Source: Octopus vulgaris
Lineage: Eukaryota
Direction: 5' to 3'
Length of the DNA stretch: 64,000 bases
Assembly: GCA_951406725.2 (NCBI GenBank)
Contig: OX597827.1
Span: 28,086,001 to 28,150,000 of the forward strand
Positions 40,581 through 52,618 of the stretch are shown in pieces. Below the pieces are notes generated by a model, which worked only from the letters and a program-made list of their open reading frames with translations, was not told the origin of the DNA and did not search any database. Within the stretch, counting starts at the first letter, position 1. Each line of letters opens with the position of its first letter. The position numbers and the translations under genes were made by a program.

Positions 40581-40611
40581 TCCGACAACAAATAAACCAA
40601 TAATAATAATG

Positions 40612-40664
<53 letters not shown>

Positions 40665-40933
40665 GCTAAAGTGCGCATGTATATTGGAAAATATAAAGGA
40701 TCATTCCCATAAAATTCTTGGAGGCGGGTGCTCCCGCTTGGCCGCGGTTTAATGACTGATAAAAGTAAAACAAAAGATAAAAGATCTAATTTTCCTGTTT
40801 ATCCTTATTCGTCAAATACCACGCAGTCGCTCAGTGAATCAATGTAGGACAGAAATACGAAGCTCTACCTCTCCTCCTCCTCCCCCCTCCTTCTCCCCGA
40901 TTTCGTTTCCTCATAACTTCCGAACAAATACTG

Positions 40934-41289
40934 TTTTACTTGCTTCAGTCATTTGACTGCGGCCATGCTGGAGCACCACCTTTAGTCGAGCAAATCGACC
41001 CCGGGACTTATTCTTTGTAAGCCTAGTACTTATTCTATCGGTTTGTTATTGCCGAACCGCTAAGTTTCAAGAACGTAAACACACAAGCATTGGTTGTCAA
41101 GCGACGCTTGGGAGGGGGAACAAACGCACACATACACACATATACATATATACGATGGGCTTCTTTCTGTTTCTGTCTATCAAATCCACTCACTTTGGTC
41201 GACCCGAGTCTATAGCAGAAGACACTCGCCCAAGATGCCAAGCAGTGGGACTGAACCCGGAACCATATGGTTGATAAGCAAGCTACTTT
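40934..41289 (-). mobile_element. CORE-type tRNA SINE, near full length
   Basis: TTTTACTTGCTTCAGTCATTTGACTGCGGCCATGCTGGAGCAC..GGGACTGAACCCGGAACCAT. Confidence 0.88.
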
Positions 41290-41658
41290 ATTTCATATAA
41301 ATTTGCCATAAAAGCATCACAAAGAGTAACTGCTGGCTGGACATATACATTGATAAGTTGAATGATGAAATAAGGATGATATTGATGAGAGAAGGCAAAA
41401 ACGCCCCCCGATTTTCTTCTTCTCTAAAACATTGTTCTTTTTTTTTTCTAAACAGAATTAACAAAGCGAGGTATTGAACCTCTCACAACAGTTTTTACAG
41501 TTTTTGGACTGTACAAATATTAACATGCAAAAAATATTCAATATACAATCAACACTAGTGCATTTACAAATGAGGCGCAGGACCTCTTACACTTTATAAC
41601 ACTGAGGCTTTTCAACCTTTTATCAATTTAAAAAATCAAGGCGGGCTTCGAGTTGGCG

Positions 41659-41705
<47 letters not shown>

Positions 41706-42108
41706 ATTTAAAAATAGGATAAAATCTTCATAAGAAATTATCAAGTAGTTAACGTGAAAAACATCATAAGAGAAAAAATCTGTTAATTTTTTCCACTTGA
41801 ATATATTTATTTATATTATATAGAGGGCATTATTACACATAAATGCCACACGCTAGGAGAGACTCTTAAAGTCAAAACTACCAAAATAAACATATCGTAC
41901 CGAATGCAAGTCTCGAAGCAAGTCATTTAAAAACAGAATTTAGCTGCAAATCACCAGTGATTTCGTAATTACCGAAACGCAATTCGAAAAAGGCCGCCAT
42001 TTACATAGTTGTATGAGGGGTGAACCGTTCTATATGCTACGGTGGATACGATGGCTGTTCGTCTGGTATGTTGATTTTGTTCATTCATTATAAATCTTGA
42101 ATCATGCT

Positions 42109-42168
42109 TGCACCGATGAGTAAAGGGCGCAACCACTGCGCTGATTACGAAATCACTGGTGATCTGCA
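42109..42168 (+). ncRNA. Type I hammerhead (CCGAUGA core) in a fold-back unit
   Basis: TGCA-CCGATGA-GTAA..GCGCA/TGCGC..TTAC-GAAA-TCAC-TG-GTGA-TC-TGCA; all three stems are present. Confidence 0.78.
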
Positions 42169-42291
42169 GCTAAATTCTGTTTTTAAATGACTTGCTTCGA
42201 GACTTGCATTCGGTACGATGTTTATTTTGGTAGTTTTGACTAGCGTGCGGCATTTATGTGTAATAATGCCCCCTATATAATATATATATAT

Positions 42292-42372
<81 letters not shown>

Positions 42373-42496
42373 ATTCAAAAATATAAGGAATGGCCATAAT
42401 AGGACATTCGACTCACTAGCAAGAGCAGCCAAACTCAAACCGCTAATAGTTGTAATTCTGAAATTGAAAGAGAAATAAAAACGTTTACCCTTTCAA

Positions 42497-42589
42497 CTCT
42501 CGACTATGCATAGTTTCGGCAAACTTTAGTAAACAAATTAATTAAATTAAATTAAATTTATTTCCAACTGGCGTGCCTCGTCAGCAGAG
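42497..42589 (-). ncRNA. Type I hammerhead with AT-rich stem II loop
   Basis: Minus strand: CTCTG-CTGACGA-GGCA..TGCC-GAAA-CTATGCATAG-TC-GAGAG. Confidence 0.75.
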
Positions 42590-42952
42590 AAGCCAAGGAC
42601 GAACATATATCCACGAGGCGACGGTAAGGAAGCCTCAAGTCTATATGCTTTTTCAAAATCTACCGCAATCGCGCGGTCAACTCAGCAGCAAATATAAACT
42701 GCTGATTTAATTTCAAAATTAGCCAAAAAATCATTAATTAATAAATATAAGGCTAGCAAAATATTCCAGAAAAATTTCTCCGGTGAGAAAGATAGTCAAA
42801 TATATAAGGAATGGCCATAATAGGACATTCGACTCATATTATATAGTCTTTGACTATCTCTTCCTTCTCACCAGACCGCTGGTAGCGGAGAATTTTTTCT
42901 AGAATTTTTTGCTACCCTTATATTTATTAATTATATACATGTATATGTATAC

Positions 42953-42989
<37 letters not shown>

Positions 42990-43090
42990 CATACATACAT
43001 ATAAATATGTGTGTGTGTGTGTGACCGCGTGTGTATCGTTGGCGATTTTCTTTCTCTCTCTTCCCTTCCTTAGACCTTTCCTTTTCCTAT

Positions 43091-43125
43091 TTTTCTGACG
43101 AAGAGCCCCGCTCGAAACGTTAAAT
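43091..43125 (+). ncRNA. Minimal hammerhead with canonical core, in a solo pLTR relic at ~43030-43220
   Basis: TTT-CTGACGA-A-GAGC-CCC-GCTC-GAAA-CG-TT-AAA; the flank TTCCTGAGCG..AATA is shared with 2717-2740. Confidence 0.75.
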
Positions 43126-43839
43126 CCTTCTTTCTTTCCTTTCCTGAGCGTCCAATAACACTATACTTTTTCCACTTCCTCGCGTTGTTGTGTTTTCTCT
43201 TTGTTCATGTTTGGATTAACTATATATACTTACATACATACGTACATATATATATATATATAATACAGAAATGGGACAAGAACGCAAAATATCCAAACAA
43301 TTAGGTGATACAAAAAAGGGGACAACAAAACATCCAGACTAACGATACAAAGAAAACAAGGAAGGGTCATTCGGAGTTATCTTTCTTCAGTCGAGTTCCA
43401 GATTATCTTCGCAATTTCGGTTGGTTATACACGCGTGTGTGTGTGTGTGTGTGTATCTGTTTAATCATATATACTTAATGTATATGCTTCCTGTGTTTAC
43501 CGGTGGGCGCGGTGAATTATACTCTCTCTCAAAGCACCGGTTGTTAAAACACCTCGGAGTCATGAATAGGCAAAATAAATCACCTCTAGTCCCTTCTTGC
43601 AATGATGTATATCGATGTTTTACCAGTTTTTTAGGTTGTCAGCATTACGTACACGAAAGGATCGAATGCGAATGATCTCCGCTAGAACACGACGTATATG
43701 CTCATGGCTTGAAGAACCATGTGCGCGTATTCCCGGCAAATGCATACGTATTTGCTGGTGGGTTGCTCTTGGTGCCGTGCGTAATGTCTCAAAGCGCCGG
43801 GTGTTAAAACACCTGAGAGTCATGAACAGCGAGGTGGGG

Positions 43840-44170
43840 TTGACTCCATTCGGTCAAGAATGACCATGGAATTGCATCTAGAAAATTATCATGCGTGGCA
43901 CAACTCTGGGCAAGGTTGTTTATGGAAGAGCAGCGGTCGCCCATGTATACCAGCTTTACCTCTCCATGCCACCGATGTTATCCAAGGGAAAGGCAAAGGG
44001 GCCGATACAGCTTGGCACCTGTGACGTCGCAACTCATTTCTACAGCTGAGTGAACTGGAACAACGTAAAATAATGAGTCTTGCTCAAGAACACAACACGC
44101 AGCCCGGTCCAGGAATCAGAACCTCACGATCGTAAGCTTGACGCTCTAACCAGTGACCCATGCGCCTTCA
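43840..44170 (-). mobile_element. tRNA-derived SINE (Meta/V-SINE-like family)
   Basis: Reverse strand: GGCGCATGGGTCACTGGTTAGAGCG..GATTCCTGGACC..TTCTTGAGCAAG..TTCACTCAGCTGTAGAAATGAG. Confidence 0.78.
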
Positions 44171-44320
44171 CTACAGTCGAGGTCCGAAATTGCGAGGATG
44201 ATCCGGTTCTTGACTGAAGATTAAAGGCTTCGAATGACCCAAGCGTGTTTTTGTATCGTCTATCTAGATGTTTTGCATTCTTGTCCCATTTTGTATTTAT
44301 ATATATACACACACATATAC

Positions 44321-44397
<77 letters not shown>

Positions 44398-45404
44398 CTT
44401 GGGAAGAATTAAGCCATAAAGCCAAGTTTCCGTCTTTCTTCATTCGCAGTGAAGTTTTACTGAATTAAAATCACTTTTGATATACCACAATATGTATGTT
44501 CGTCCACACTTAACTATGCGTTATTAAAGCAGAAGGTGACAGTGAGATATTTCCTCCGGTCGTTCTTTTAAATGTATTATGGCTTATATTTGTATTCCCT
44601 CAGCAGTAATTTCTAGTTATACTTTAAAGAGAAGTGTAACAATATAAACATATTATTCGCCTTCGGTTAAGTTAATGTATTATGTAACTGAGAACTTTAA
44701 TATATTTACAAGTATATTGTGAATGTTAGATCAATGCATCCAAGAGTTCACAAGTAGGAGTGGTTGATATGATGTACACAGGCGTATTTGACAACGTAAT
44801 CTTGTCAAGTTCTTATGAAATAACTGGTGAAGGAGAAGAAAGGAATCCTTGTTATTCCAACTAAATTCTTACTTCTGTGGTTTCTGTATAAGAAATAAAA
44901 TGAAATCAAATATAACCACACGAAATAAAATAATATGTTGACTACTTAAGTAACGATGAAAGAAACTCGAGTGAATGTCACATTGCTAACAGCGAAACCT
45001 TAATAGTTGCTGAGATTAATATACGAGAACTGTTCCATGCCAACTTTTCAAGTGAAATCTCTTGCATATCTTCTTTCACACATGCCATGGGCGGCCAACC
45101 CAACGCATGTGAACGACAAGGTTTTCTACAGTTCATTTTCACTGATATGCCGTCGAGTGAATTCTCTACAGGGGTTGCTAGCATTGCAGCAAACAGCAAC
45201 CAATCTTCTCTAAAAAGAAATATAACATTTTGAAAAATACAAAAAGATGTTATATAATCAAGACCAGGAGGCCCCAGTGACGTGCCACAGCTAAGTACCG
45301 GGCCGTAGGTCTTTTGGTACCGGCGGAACAGAAAGAACAAAATTTAAAAAAATTATTTTTATATTCTGGACTATCGCAGTTTGCAGGATGTTTTTGTATT
45401 ATAC

Positions 45405-45631
45405 ACAGGGGGCTACCGAAAAGTTCCAGACTTTAAAGGTGTCGCGAAATGCCTGGTTGGGACCGAAGTTTCCAAGTTCTTTTACAGGGCTTAGAAAAAC
45501 TGTGGGGCCGCTGCAATAAGGATGTGAATCTGAGAGAGGAATACATTGAATAAAATCATAATTAACGGATCGTCCTGTATTTTCTTTTACCCGAAGCCAA
45601 GAAAACCAGGAACTTTTCAGTAATCCCTGTA
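45405..45631. mobile_element. Mariner-type MITE
   Basis: Inverted termini ACAGGGGGCTACCGAAAAGTTCCAG and CCAGGAACTTTTCAGTAATCCCTGTA. Confidence 0.7.
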
Positions 45632-46542
45632 TGTGTTTTGTATGTATTGCTTTTATGTTCGTGATACGCCGCTCCTTTGAAGAATTGTCTTGCAAGCAAC
45701 CGTTCTGTGGTGCAAAAATGGTTCGAAACCTCTAGTTTCGACCTGCAATCGGCTGTCCAATGGCTGGTTGGCTTATGATTACACTTCTTTCCGATCAGGA
45801 TTAACCTGCAGCTAACCTGCTTTTCCTTACACACAATTTATATCTACGAACGGTAAGAAACTGCTTGTGTGGTAACCTGACCGCCAGAAACAGTAGTTAA
45901 ATTGCTAAGATTACAACATACGACCTTAAAACAAAAATGCCTTCTTTGACAGTATATACAAGGTGCAGCCTATTGAGAAAATACAGGATGGTACATGTAG
46001 GAATGAGTCTTAAATCTGTTTCTGTCATTAGGCTGCGGAGAGGCTGGGGCACCACACTGAACAATCTTATTCGAACAAATCGACCCCAACACATGTTTTC
46101 AAAAGCCTGATTCTTCTTTTGCGAAGATTCTTCCTTTGACACCAGTTGTCAAGCGGTGGTCGGTGATAAACAGACACAAAACTCACACGTAGTTACTGTT
46201 AAAATTATTCTATAGCAGCTGTATTAATTGTGATTTCTAAAATCAGAAAGGACGTGGGTCTTACTTTTCTTGATGTCGTTTCCATCTTGTCCCATTTTTT
46301 TTGGCATCAACTTTCTTCGCGGTTGTTTAGTTTAGGTTTTCTTTTTCACGTTTTTTCTTCTTTTCTGTCTATCGTCCTTATGTTTTTTAAAATATATCAA
46401 ATATATAAACAGAGCCTGAAAGAAAGATTACTGGGAGATACATGGAATATTTTATAAATATGCCTGTTTAAAATAGCATCAAAGCATAATACTTTTAGCA
46501 GCACTTTCGGTTGTCTGTTAAACTGATATTTATCTGTTACAA

Positions 46543-47121
46543 GGCGGCGAGCTGGCAGAAACGTTAGCACGCCGGGCAAAATATTTGGCGGTATTTCGTC
46601 TGCGTTACGTTGTGAGTTCAAATTCCGCCGAGGTCGACTTTGCCTTTCATCCTTTCGGGGTCGATAAATTAAGTACCAGTTACGCGTTGAGGTCGATGTA
46701 ATCGACTTAATACCTATGTCTGTCCTTGTTTGTCCCCTCTGTGTTTAGCCCCTTGTGGGTAATAAAGAAATAGGTATTTCGTCTGCCGCTATGTTCTGAG
46801 TTCAAAATCCGCCGAGGTCCACTTTGCCTTTCATCCTTTCGGGGTCGATAAATTGAGTACCATTTGTGCACTGGGGTCGATGTAATCGACTTAATCCGTT
46901 TGTCTGTCCTTTGTTGTCCCCTATGTATTTAGCCCCTTGTTGGTAGTAAAGAAATAGGTATTTCGTCTACCGTTACGTTCTGAGTTCAAATACCGCCGAG
47001 ATCCACTTTGTCTTTCATCGTTTCGGGGTCGATAAATTAAGTACCAGTTGCATGCTGGGGTCAATCTAATAGACTGGCCACTCCTCAAAACTTTGGGCCA
47101 TGTGCCTAGAGTAGAAAAGAA
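46543..47121 (+). mobile_element. Nin/Deu-domain SINE with its body repeated three times in tandem
   Basis: One head (GGCGGCGAGCTGGCAGAAACGTTAGC) followed by three units beginning GGTATTTCGTCT at ~46590, 46773 and 46957. Confidence 0.9.
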
Positions 47122-47208
47122 TATTTATCTCTCACTGGATGGAGTTTTTGTTTTGTTGATTCCCCTTATATTAGATATATAATTATAGATCCTATAAGCT
47201 ATAGATCC

Positions 47209-47760
47209 AACCACATGGTTCTGTATTCAGTCCCAGTGCGTTGGACCTTCGACAAGTGTTTTCTTGTATAACCTCGGGCTTACCAAAGCCTTGAGTGAAT
47301 TTAGTCGACAGAAACTGAAAGAAGCCCGTTGTGTATATGTATATATATATATATATATATATACAACAAAAGAGGAAAATGCCACTTGTATTTGAACACT
47401 ATGCAAATATTCTTTTAAAAACTTTTCTTTAATTTTTTCCAAAATTTAATTGTTTTCCATACTTACAGTTGAAAAAGTCTCAATGACTGAAACCGGTACT
47501 GAAATGTTTTTTATATAATTATTTTAGCATTTTCTACCTTGCCTGAGTGTCTTTGTGTCTGTGTTTGTCACAGCCCTCCTCACTGCTTGGCAACCGATGC
47601 TCGCGTGTTTACAAACCCGAAACTTAGCGGTTCGGCAAAATAGACCGATAGAATAAGTTCTTGGCTTTAAAAAATAATTACCGGGGTTGATACATTAGAC
47701 TAAAATTTCTTCAAGGTGGTGTCCCAGCAAGGCTGCAGTTTAATGACCTAAAACAAGTAA
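47209..47760 (+). mobile_element. CORE-type SINE split by a ~185 bp insert at its internal microsatellite
   Basis: 5' half at 47209-47335 and 3' half at 47548-47760. Confidence 0.75.
47466..47501 (+). ncRNA. Degenerate minimal hammerhead
   Basis: CAG-TTGAAAA-AGTC-TCAAT-GACT-GAAA-CCGG-TA-CTG: all stems are intact and the core has 2 transitions relative to CTGAAGA. Confidence 0.6.
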
Positions 47761-47767
47761 AAAAAAT

Positions 47768-47848
47768 ATATCAGGTTGAAAGCACCGGTTCTCGTCCGAG
47801 ACTAGTTAGTATTTGGGTGACCACTTGGGAAAGCTAGGTGCTGTAAAC
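47768..47848 (+). pseudogene. 5S rRNA pseudogene fragment with internal deletion
   Basis: ATATCAGGTTGAAAGCACCGGTTCTCGTCCGA..GTTAGTATTTG..GGTGACCACTTGGGAA..AGGTGCTGTA follows invertebrate 5S rRNA but lacks the central box-A region. Confidence 0.8.
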
Positions 47849-47861
47849 GTCTGTTATTATA

Positions 47862-48028
47862 GGTGCGGGAGTGGGTTTGTGGTAAGTAGCTTGCTTAGCA
47901 ACCAAATAGTTTGAGTTCAGTCCCACTGCGTGGCACCTTGGGTAAGTGTATTCTACTATAGTCTCGGGCAGCCGACCAAAGCCTTGTAAGTGGATTTAGT
48001 GGACGGAAACTGAAAGAAGCCAGTCGTA

Positions 48029-48078
<50 letters not shown>

Positions 48079-48328
48079 TGTGTGTGTGTGTATGTGTGCG
48101 CGCGTGCGTGTGTGTGTGTACGTGTGCGTGTATGTGTCTGTTGGTGTGTGTGTCAGTGTTTGTCCACTGCCATCACTTAACAACCGATGTTGGTGTGTTT
48201 ACTTCCCCATAAGAAGAGACCGATAGAATAAGTATTAGGCTTACAAAGAATAAGTCCTGGGCTCGATTTGTTCGACAAAAGGCGGTGCTCCAGCATGGCC
48301 GCATTCAAATGACTGAAACAAATAAAAG

Positions 48329-48331
<3 letters not shown>
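47862..48331 (+). mobile_element. CORE-type tRNA SINE, full length
   Basis: Head, GGCACCTTGGGTAAGTG core, internal microsatellite, and GCTCCAGCATGGCCGCA..TGACTGAAACAAATAAAAG tail. Confidence 0.9.
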
Positions 48332-48403
<72 letters not shown>

Positions 48404-48432
48404 AGAAAAAAGCAACAAGAATGGATTAGTTG

Positions 48433-48520
48433 TTCAGTACAATTGTTTCATACGAAGAACAGCTTTATTAAAAGCTGCAAATATTGCAGCAAATACAAGT
48501 GTCCCGTATTCATCAGCCAA
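48433..48520 (-). ncRNA. Type I hammerhead with branched, enlarged stem II (sense pLTR)
   Basis: TTGG-CTGATGA-ATACG..CGTAT-GAAA-CAATTG-TA-CTGA. Confidence 0.8.
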
Positions 48521-51500
48521 AACACATATGAGTTTTCCAAACATCCTAGGGGGTGAGGCTACACTCATGAAGTATCGAAGAGAGTTCTATAAAAAGCGAA
48601 GACAGATTGTAAGCAGACTTCAAAAGTTCACTAATGATGCACAGTTTTATAAAAGGTTTTAAAAAAAGTTTGTTAGCTTCACAGAAAAGGTAAATCCATC
48701 CATAATAATGCAGGTGTAAATTCCGGAGATATGAGGAGATATTTCATACTCAGAGACGATGAATTTATCCATAATAATGTAGATGTAATTTCCTGATATA
48801 TGAGAAGATGCTGATCACATTTCTATTCATTTCACAAAACTACTATGTTGGAGTTATATTGGCTAAAAGAAGTTAGTGAAGCAGAAAACCGCCAAAATAG
48901 GGCATTATGGGACAACTGAGAGGAAGAGGTGTAAGTACACAACCTACACAGAATAGTTTATTTCTGTGGTGACAGAAAATCTAGGTCAGAGTTGCAGGAA
49001 TCTGAGATTTATAAAAGAGAACATTACTTTTGACCAGCATACAGCTGTTAACTGCCACTCCTACAGAGTTAAAAGCAGATATAAGAATATAAAGAGAACA
49101 AAAGGAAGTATCAAAGGGGTCAAAGGCTATCAGTAGAGGAAAATACGTTAAGAGGTTTAAGTGCAATACTAGAACAGGAGGTTATTTATTTATTTATTAT
49201 TGTTACTATTTATACAAATGTTTATACATTGTAAGACAGACTTTAGGTCTATACCTAGAGGTCAATTAATTTCTATAGTAAAAGGTGTGAGAGTATTGTT
49301 TATTCAAAAAATAGTGAAAATCATAGTGAAAATTCCTTATATTATTATTAAGGGAGTAGCATTACTTATTAAACTTAGAATAGAATTATGAAATATTAGC
49401 AACTTATTTGATTTAAGTTGGATTAATTAAATTAGATTAAAATTAGATTAAATTAAATTAACTATATAGTCAATTAAAATTTTTGGTAACGTACAAGTAC
49501 CATTTATTTCTTTGTGTCCTAAAACAGGTACTGTTAGAAAGAAAGAACACCAGTGGAAGAGCTCACAGATATATATTTAAAATATATTAGAGTTTTGCTT
49601 TTTTAGACCTAGCTCCATACGATTATTCTATACGATTTTTATTTAAAATATTTAAGAGTCTTAATTTTCGCGTGAATACAAGATTGACCTAATTCTATAC
49701 GGTTATTTAACAAATTTTTATTTTTTCTATGCCTTAGAATTTCATATGTCTCCATGGAGCAGAGTTGGCAATCTACCCTGTTATTTCTATAAGGCATCGC
49801 TCTTCTAACTATTTCCCAATTAAGGTTATATTTAATATTATTATTTTTGAGTTCCCAGATCTTACTTGAAAGTGTGGTGCAACCAGCTTTATGACGTAAC
49901 TTAAATGAGGAGATATGGGTGCTAACTCTTTGTTTAAATTTTATAGTACAACCTAAATAAAAAAAATTTGCTATTCTCAGTAGTTATAGTACATTTATAG
50001 ATTACGTTATTTACCCCACACAGATCAGGTGCCGGGCATTTTGACTTAATTCTACAATTACACCTAGGGGGATCATCTTCAGATGTAGAATTATTTAAGG
50101 ATAAATATCCCATATTGTTGCTATTCTGATTATTATGAGTATATTTATCGTTATTATAGTTAATGTTGTTATCTAAAGCAGTGTTATCATTTATCGATCC
50201 GTTTATACTATCATTCAGTTCTATAGCCCTATCATAATTACTCACATAATTGGTATTGCTACTATTGTTGCTTGTATTTATATCCGAATGCATATTGCTG
50301 TTATAGATATCAATGTTGTCTTCATTCCCGATATTTTCTCTATTAGCATTGCTCATATTATTAACATTATTATTCCTATTAATATTAATATTATTATTAG
50401 TTATTCCATGGTTATTGATGCTACCTTTGTTTTGATAGTTACTATTATTGTGGTTATCATTTTTATTTTTGATAATATTATTACAATTGTTATTGGTATT
50501 CATGTTGGTATTAGTCTTATTATTCCTGGCTAGCTTAATGTTTTTATTATTAATCTTAGCTATTATAGTGGACATATTTGGGAGGGTTGAATAAGAAATC
50601 CTAACCGTTCTTTTAGAAATTATTCTATGATATTTATGAGAGGCTGGGAAATTTTTTTCTAGAATTACTTTGAATCTGCCTTGTATATTCGATAAAATCG
50701 CACTGTTGAAAGGAATATTCAGCAAGATTATATCTTTCTTATTAAATTTCCTTAAATTAGAATTAGGGTTAGTTGAATTATTACTAATCCCACCAGAGCT
50801 ATTATATTTATTACTATTATTTGTATGCTTTTTTGATTTATCTAAATTGGTTTTATCAGAGTTACCTATGCTCTGGTCTATATTTTTATTCTTATGATTA
50901 GGCTTGTACGTTAGATTTGTTGCCATCGTAAATCTATTTCTACTTTTATTTCGGGCGTGATCTATATTGTTGTTTACGTGGTTACTGCTACCTCCTTTAT
51001 TAGGAATATGTAAGCTCTCCTTATCAATAAAGGTAATCTTTTGGTTGTATCCTGCCTTAGATAACGCCGCATTATAATGCTCAGAATGAGAGTTAAATAT
51101 ATCATTATTAGATGATAATTTAGAGATTCTTAAGGAAATATTTCTAACCAAAGATTTAATTATATTTGGGAGATGATTGGATAATTTATTTACGTATCTC
51201 GTGATTTCACCTTCCTTTCTAAATGGGTAATGCAGCTTAGAGTTAAGGTCTAATGTAATATCTAGGAAATTGACTATTTTAGTGCCAGGTTCATAAGTTA
51301 TGCTAAGGTTGAAATCTTTAAAGAACCTATTAATTTTCTTTCTAATCCGTTCAATGCTAGATTTATTATTACTAGGAATAACAAACAGAGCATCATCCCT
51401 GTATAGACCACCTTGTAATTCCGGGATCTCCTTTTTTATGCACTTTAATAGATACGCACCTACCAAATTAGTTACCACAGCCGAATCACTAGAACCCTTG

Positions 51501-52530
51501 GGTATATCGAAATTATTAGGGGTATCTGCTCTAGTTCATAATTTTCCTTCAAATTCTATAAATGTTTTTCTAGCTAATAGCACTATGTCGATTTCCTCTC
51601 TAGATATGAGGGAGCGATTCATAGCAAATATAAGTGATTTATTTAGCAAAATGGGGGAAATACTAGAGTAATAATTATTCATGTCGAACTGAATAAAGGA
51701 AAGACTACTAGTATTAGTTAGAGAGTTAAACCATTTTAATACTTCATCGGTATTTAGCCAGAGACTTAAGGGAAGAATCGGGGTTATTTGGGGTAGAACA
51801 GTATCCAGGATAGATATACTAAGCCGGCCAATATCTGACTTACCGAAGGGTTTTCCATGAAATTCCTTTTGTGGTCCTTAAGGTTGATTCTAGGTTCACA
51901 TGGTTTAAGCGCTCCGTTCTATCCGTTAAATTGTATCTTTCCGTAATTTCCTTCATTTCTAGGTTTATTTTTTCAAATTTTTCTTTGTAGTAATTATATA
52001 TTTGGAGTTGAGTTCCTTCTTAATTAGCTTGCTATAAAGAGTGTAATCTACTCTATACAGATTACCAGTTTTATCCGCTGGCACTAAGATTCCTTGTTTA
52101 TTGCGAGTTGAATAAATAAAGTTTCTGAGATGTTTGAGGTGAGGGTTGTATCTTAACGGGTGTTCTTTGAATTTAATATCTTCTATAAGATTCAGTAAAT
52201 CTTTTTCGAAATTTTCCAGGAGTGGGTTCGGAGGCGGGCTCTTTCTGCTTCTAAATATTCTCACATAGTTCTTATCAGTATTCCTTACTTGAGGGTCCTT
52301 TTTCCGCTTGACATCAAAATGGTAAGTTTTCCATCTAATTCTTCTAATGAAGTCATTAATCCTATGGATAAGTAGCCAGATATATTCATCCTAACTCTGT
52401 AAGGGGATGTCTTTAGGGGAAAACTCTATGTTTACTTTCTCCATTCTTGTTGAGAAATTAAGTACCAGAAAAACATACAGAATGTATGGGAATATATTTT
52501 CAGTAAAAACAATTAAGATTCAAGTGAGTT

Positions 52531-52618
52531 TTGGCTGATGAATACAGGACACTTGTATTTGCTGCAATATTTGCAGCTTTTAATAAAGCTGTTCTTGGTA
52601 TGAAACAATTGTACTGAA
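52531..52618 (+). ncRNA. Second copy of the same hammerhead, in the inverted 5' pLTR
   Basis: TTGG-CTGATGA-ATAC..GTAT-GAAA-CAATTG-TA-CTGA. Confidence 0.78.

Noticed and set aside
46590-47050. Regularly spaced repeats suggestive of a CRISPR array
   Set aside because: The whole units are homologous SINE bodies with no unique spacers, in eukaryotic DNA without cas genes.
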